Below are positions 59,954 through 64,000 of a stretch of 64,000 nt of DNA, piece by piece. Source of the stretch: Babesia bigemina (Eukaryota); NCBI RefSeq assembly GCF_000981445.1, contig NC_027216.1:1922001-1986000 (forward strand). The letters run 5' to 3'. The position numbers and the translations under genes were made by a program. How positions within the stretch are numbered: position 1 is the first letter of the stretch; each line of letters opens with the position of its first letter. The notes under the pieces were generated by a model, which was not told the origin of the DNA, did no database searches, and saw only the letters and a program-made list of their open reading frames with translations.

Positions 59954-62305
59954 ATGGCGCGGTCCCGTTTGAGGGCCAAGTTCCAGGGGAGGCCGACCCG
60001 AAAGTCAAAGCACATCGAGGACGAGGAGATATCGGAGGATGAGGCGTTCAACGAGGAAGAGGAGGCCAAGTATGGGCGTTTCTTCCAGTCGAAGCGTGGG
60101 AAGCCTTCCGAGGACAAGGGAGAGCTTTGGGAAAGCCTATTCGAGAATGTAGAGGATACACATGTCGATGATTCGGCGGTTGGTTCGGCTGCTACGGCGA
60201 AATCGGAGTCGGCGCAAACCGAAGTTGCACCACGTCCGACCGCGGATTCCGAATATGCCTTCACCCGGCTGGAGGAGGACGCTGACCTGTTCACGGAGGA
60301 TGTGTCTAAGGAGGACGTTGGAGGGTTTGACTGGATTGCAGATGCCGCTGACGGAGACAGCAAATACTCGTCGCTGATACAGAAGTTCCGCGAGATTCGC
60401 GATGATCTGCCCGATGTCTTCCGTGAGGAGTCTCGGGCAAAGGCGAGCAGGGATGAGCGCAAAGAGCTCTACTCCTCGACGAAGAAGACAGCCAGCAAGC
60501 GGTGGGAGCCGGTGCTGCAGCACATCAAGCGGCAGAAGCATACGTCCTACGGGGGCTCGGAGAGCCGCACCGATGCCACTTGCGGTTCCATGTTGCAGCT
60601 GGATGCAGAAACGGAGCTCGAAAAGGAATTGGATGCACATACCAACCAGGCATACGAGCGTGCTCTGCATGCTCGCGAGCTGAGGAAGAACAAACGTGTG
60701 AATCGCATCAAGAGTAAGAACTGGCACAAGCGCCAGAAGAAGCGTGATTTGGAGTTGTACGCCAAACTCATCGAAAAGTCGGACGATCCCGAGCTGACGA
60801 AGGAACTGCTCGAGTCATTTGAGCAGAAGCGTTCTAAGCACCGTGTTTTGCGCAAGCGCATGGCCCAGGAGAAATGGGCCAAGCTGGCCATGCGTTTCGG
60901 CGACCGCAGCGTCTTGAAGCAGATTTCTAGCGCCCAACAGCAGCTCAAGGATGACCTTACTTTGATTAAGGACACCATAGATGGTGTCGCGGATAGAGAG
61001 GGGTCAGATTCGGACGATGAATCCGAAGGATCAGAGTCCTCGTCTGACGTGGAGTCGACCTCCGGCGACCCCGACGACGAGGTGCTGGCGAAGCTGAAGG
61101 TTATCGCAAACCCCAAGGCGGAGGGGCTCCCTCAGAAGGGGTTATTCGCGCTTAAATTTATGAAGGACGTGCTACAGAGTAAGATGGAAGCACAGGATGA
61201 TGACGATGGTTCGGGTTCACATCAAGCTGTCGCCCTACGGGACAAGGAGGAAGATGACTATGACAACGAGTCTATAGAGTCGGATTCCGACCGTGAGGAA
61301 GAAGTCGGCCAGACTGCACGTGAGTCGGACGCTGTGAAGCCTTCTCCAAAAGTTAGGTAGGTGCAGCTTTTAGGGATGCTCACATGTTTTGCAGCGACGA
61401 GGAGCTAAAGAAGGCTATGCAGCATATTCATATGGCACTAGGCGGTGGCGACGAGTCCGGGGACGAGGAAACTGGATTTTGGGGAGCAGTTTCGAGCGCC
61501 ACTACATCTGCCCCAGCCGAGGACAAGGAACCTGTGCGCCAGGATGCGCGTAATGAGCCCAAGAGCAGCCGGGCCGAGAAGGTTGAAGTCGGTGTTAAAC
61601 GGGAATCGGCTTCTTCTGGTGCGGTAGAATCGCAGGCGCCTGTTGAACCGAAGGTCGATCATGCTAAACCTAAGATAGTACCCGCCGCAGCAGGGTTCTT
61701 GTCTGAGGACACCGGCCTCGACAACTTCATCAAAAACTTGGGACCTGCTAAGAAGCGTGAATCAACTATACAGATGGCACAACGCCTATTTGTGACCCGA
61801 GGCGATGATGAGGCCCAACTGTCTGAAGAGGAGTCGGAGACTGAGGAGGCCGCATCCGACCAGCTGAAGGGCTGGGGCAGCTGGACCGGATTTGGCATCA
61901 CGGAGCCAAAGGCTAGCAAACCAGCTCCAGCTAAGCCAGATAAAAAGGGGCGGCGGGTTGTCAAGGTGTCCAACAAGAAGAGCGCGAAGCTGGGCAAATA
62001 TCTCCTCCACAGGGTAGGGCAACTTGTAGCGTTTTACACTTCGCAGGTCCCGCATCCGCACAAGAACAAACACGACTACAATGCCAAGATGGCAACCACA
62101 GTCGGTCCGGAATGGAACACCAGCAAGATGCACGCTGAGTTGATACAGCCGAAGGTGGGTTTGCGTTACTCGGAAGCAACACTCTTCTCAGACGACTATC
62201 GCGGTCGGCTCCGTGGTGAAGCCGATATCTGCCGAGGGCGCAAAGGAGTATGTGAAGCGCATGGGCAAGGTTCTGCAGCGGAACCGTACCCGAGCCAGGC
62301 TATAG
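59954..62305 (+). CDS. UTP14: U3 snoRNA-associated protein UTP14 (multi-exon)
   Basis: KRVNRIKSKNWHK, KGLFALKFMK, GWGSWTG, VGPEWNT. Introns near 61.36, 62.02 and 62.16 kb; stop TAG at 62303-62305. Confidence 0.88.
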
Positions 62306-62666
62306 CAGTACACACTTATTGCTTCAGACAGCTGTTAATGTGTATTCACATCCACGCATATTTTGGTAGCTGCGTACATTTGTCCATTTTAAATTGTCGT
62401 AATGTTAGAGTTAGTGCCATGTGTATGAGTTTTGTGCGGTGTCTTTAGGCAATAGTACCGCGCAGCGTCAATCGTGCGGAGGCGCTGCCGGGGTGGGCGC
62501 TCGGTGACGTTGATATAAGCATCGAAAAGCAGCCTTCTCGAATCAAATGGTCACTATAGCATACTGTATGCGCGTATTGGGTGGTTATTGAACGGTAATC
62601 CATGCGGTTGTGTGTTGGTCGGTCGGTTCGCGCAAGCCTTCCTGCGCCGTCGTGAATTTATCTTCT

Positions 62667-64000
62667 ATGCGGCCTCGCATATCGAGATGCATCCCTCCTT
62701 GGGAGGTGCACAGCCGCCAGGCGTATCAGCGCAGGAAGTCACTAGCTGCCAGAGCATGCCAGCCTCGAGAAGCTCTACACGTATTCTTCAAGCGGTGTAC
62801 GAAGGCAATTGCTGATCACCGATTCGGGGTCCATGCAACACGACTTCTGACAGATGTTGTGCACAAGCAAGAGTTGCCAAGCGAAGAGAATATAGGGAAC
62901 GCTGAGGTAGTGCATTCGGCATCGGCGGCCACATCCCAGCAGCCTGAAGAAGTTGTTCCATCGGATACGCCGGCAGCAGAAGATGCGACTTCGCTGGTTG
63001 ATACAACTCCGTTACTAGAGGATGTCAATGTTCGTTTGCAGTACCTGGGATATGTCGGCCTAAGCCGGCGTGACAAGCGCATGCTTATCGACTTCGTGAA
63101 CCGGATCGCCCCGTGCATTACTACTTCAGGCCATGCGCTGAAGTTTCTGAACTCTATGTCATGTGTTGTGAATGTACGGTGTCTGCCTTCGAGTTCGGTC
63201 ACTGGCGCCAACATCAAGTTGGCGTGCCGTGAGGCCTTCGAGTCACTCTTTCGCCGCCTGGACCGCAGCGCCGATGCGTACCACGTAGTGGCATCCTATT
63301 TGAAGCTCTGCGCATTTTACGGCGACGATATGTCTAACTTCTCTCCTGTGTATCATGATATGGTAGAGGCGGTAGTATCGGGGGATGTGTTTGTGACTGA
63401 GCGCCAATTGGATGACCTGCTCTTTGTGTATCAGCGCCTTGCCATATGCGATCGCCGCTTCATGAAGTACCATTCGGATCGTATTTCGCGCCACTTCGAG
63501 TGTTTCAGTGATGATCAAGTGTGCAACTTCGCACGGTACCTGGTCAAGAGCGTTCACGCTCGTGCTCGACCGCTGGACATAGGCGCTACGGCGGACTACT
63601 CGCGAGAATTCGACGCTTCGGATACTATGGCCCTTCTGGATGGGTTCGATGTGGCTTCGAGTTCATATGCACGCTGTCTGGAGTCACAACTGCCCGTTTG
63701 TCTGCACCAATACAGCTACTACAACTTGGTTGACCTCGGCGAGTTTTACAGCCTCTTCAACATTCAGAGCTCCGTTCGCGTGCGGTTTTCAACCGAGCTG
63801 TGGAAATATCTGTACACGCTGCGTTATGGCTACCCTATCAAGGCGCTTGTGGTAGGCGGTGCAAAGTTGTCTCTATAGTGTTCAGATTTTAAGCAAGTTG
63901 GGGCTTGGCGACAGCGCCACGTACGGCCGCTTGATACGCAACATACCCATGACCCTTGCGTTCAGGTGGCCATTGAATCTCGTATCCGAGTGTTTGATAT
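62667..64000 (+). CDS. Hypothetical helical protein, possibly organelle-targeted (3'-truncated by the window edge)
   Basis: Arg-rich N-terminus. Intron 63852-63886 keeps the frame open to the end of the window. Confidence 0.7.

Overview
Gene-dense eukaryotic DNA with many short (mostly 35-50 nt) GT-AG introns and apicomplexan marker genes (GAPM2, a class XXII-type myosin F, a TyrRS with an apicoplast-type leader). This fits a piroplasm, most likely Babesia (inference). About 1-46 kb and 57-64 kb hold conserved housekeeping genes: Hsp90/TRAP1, AP-1 and AP-4 sigma, MLH1, Ran, a THOC1-like gene, TyrRS, GAPM2, eIF4A-III, an F-box/WD40 gene, an RBBP4-like gene, MyoF, tRNA-Gly(CCC), PI-PLC, ADA2 and UTP14. 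Between PI-PLC and ADA2 lies a visibly AT-richer accessory island (~46.2-56.8 kb). It carries a type I membrane protein gene and a cluster of five small signal-peptide-less Cys-containing proteins, each with one transmembrane helix; four share a CxCxCC module. The island also has duplicated upstream regions (one 230-bp exact copy), a tandem array of 5'-UTR intron+exon units and an orphan TM-coding fragment. This cluster is the strongest candidate for an undescribed system. Exon boundaries were read by eye and family assignments come from motif recognition; no database searches were run.
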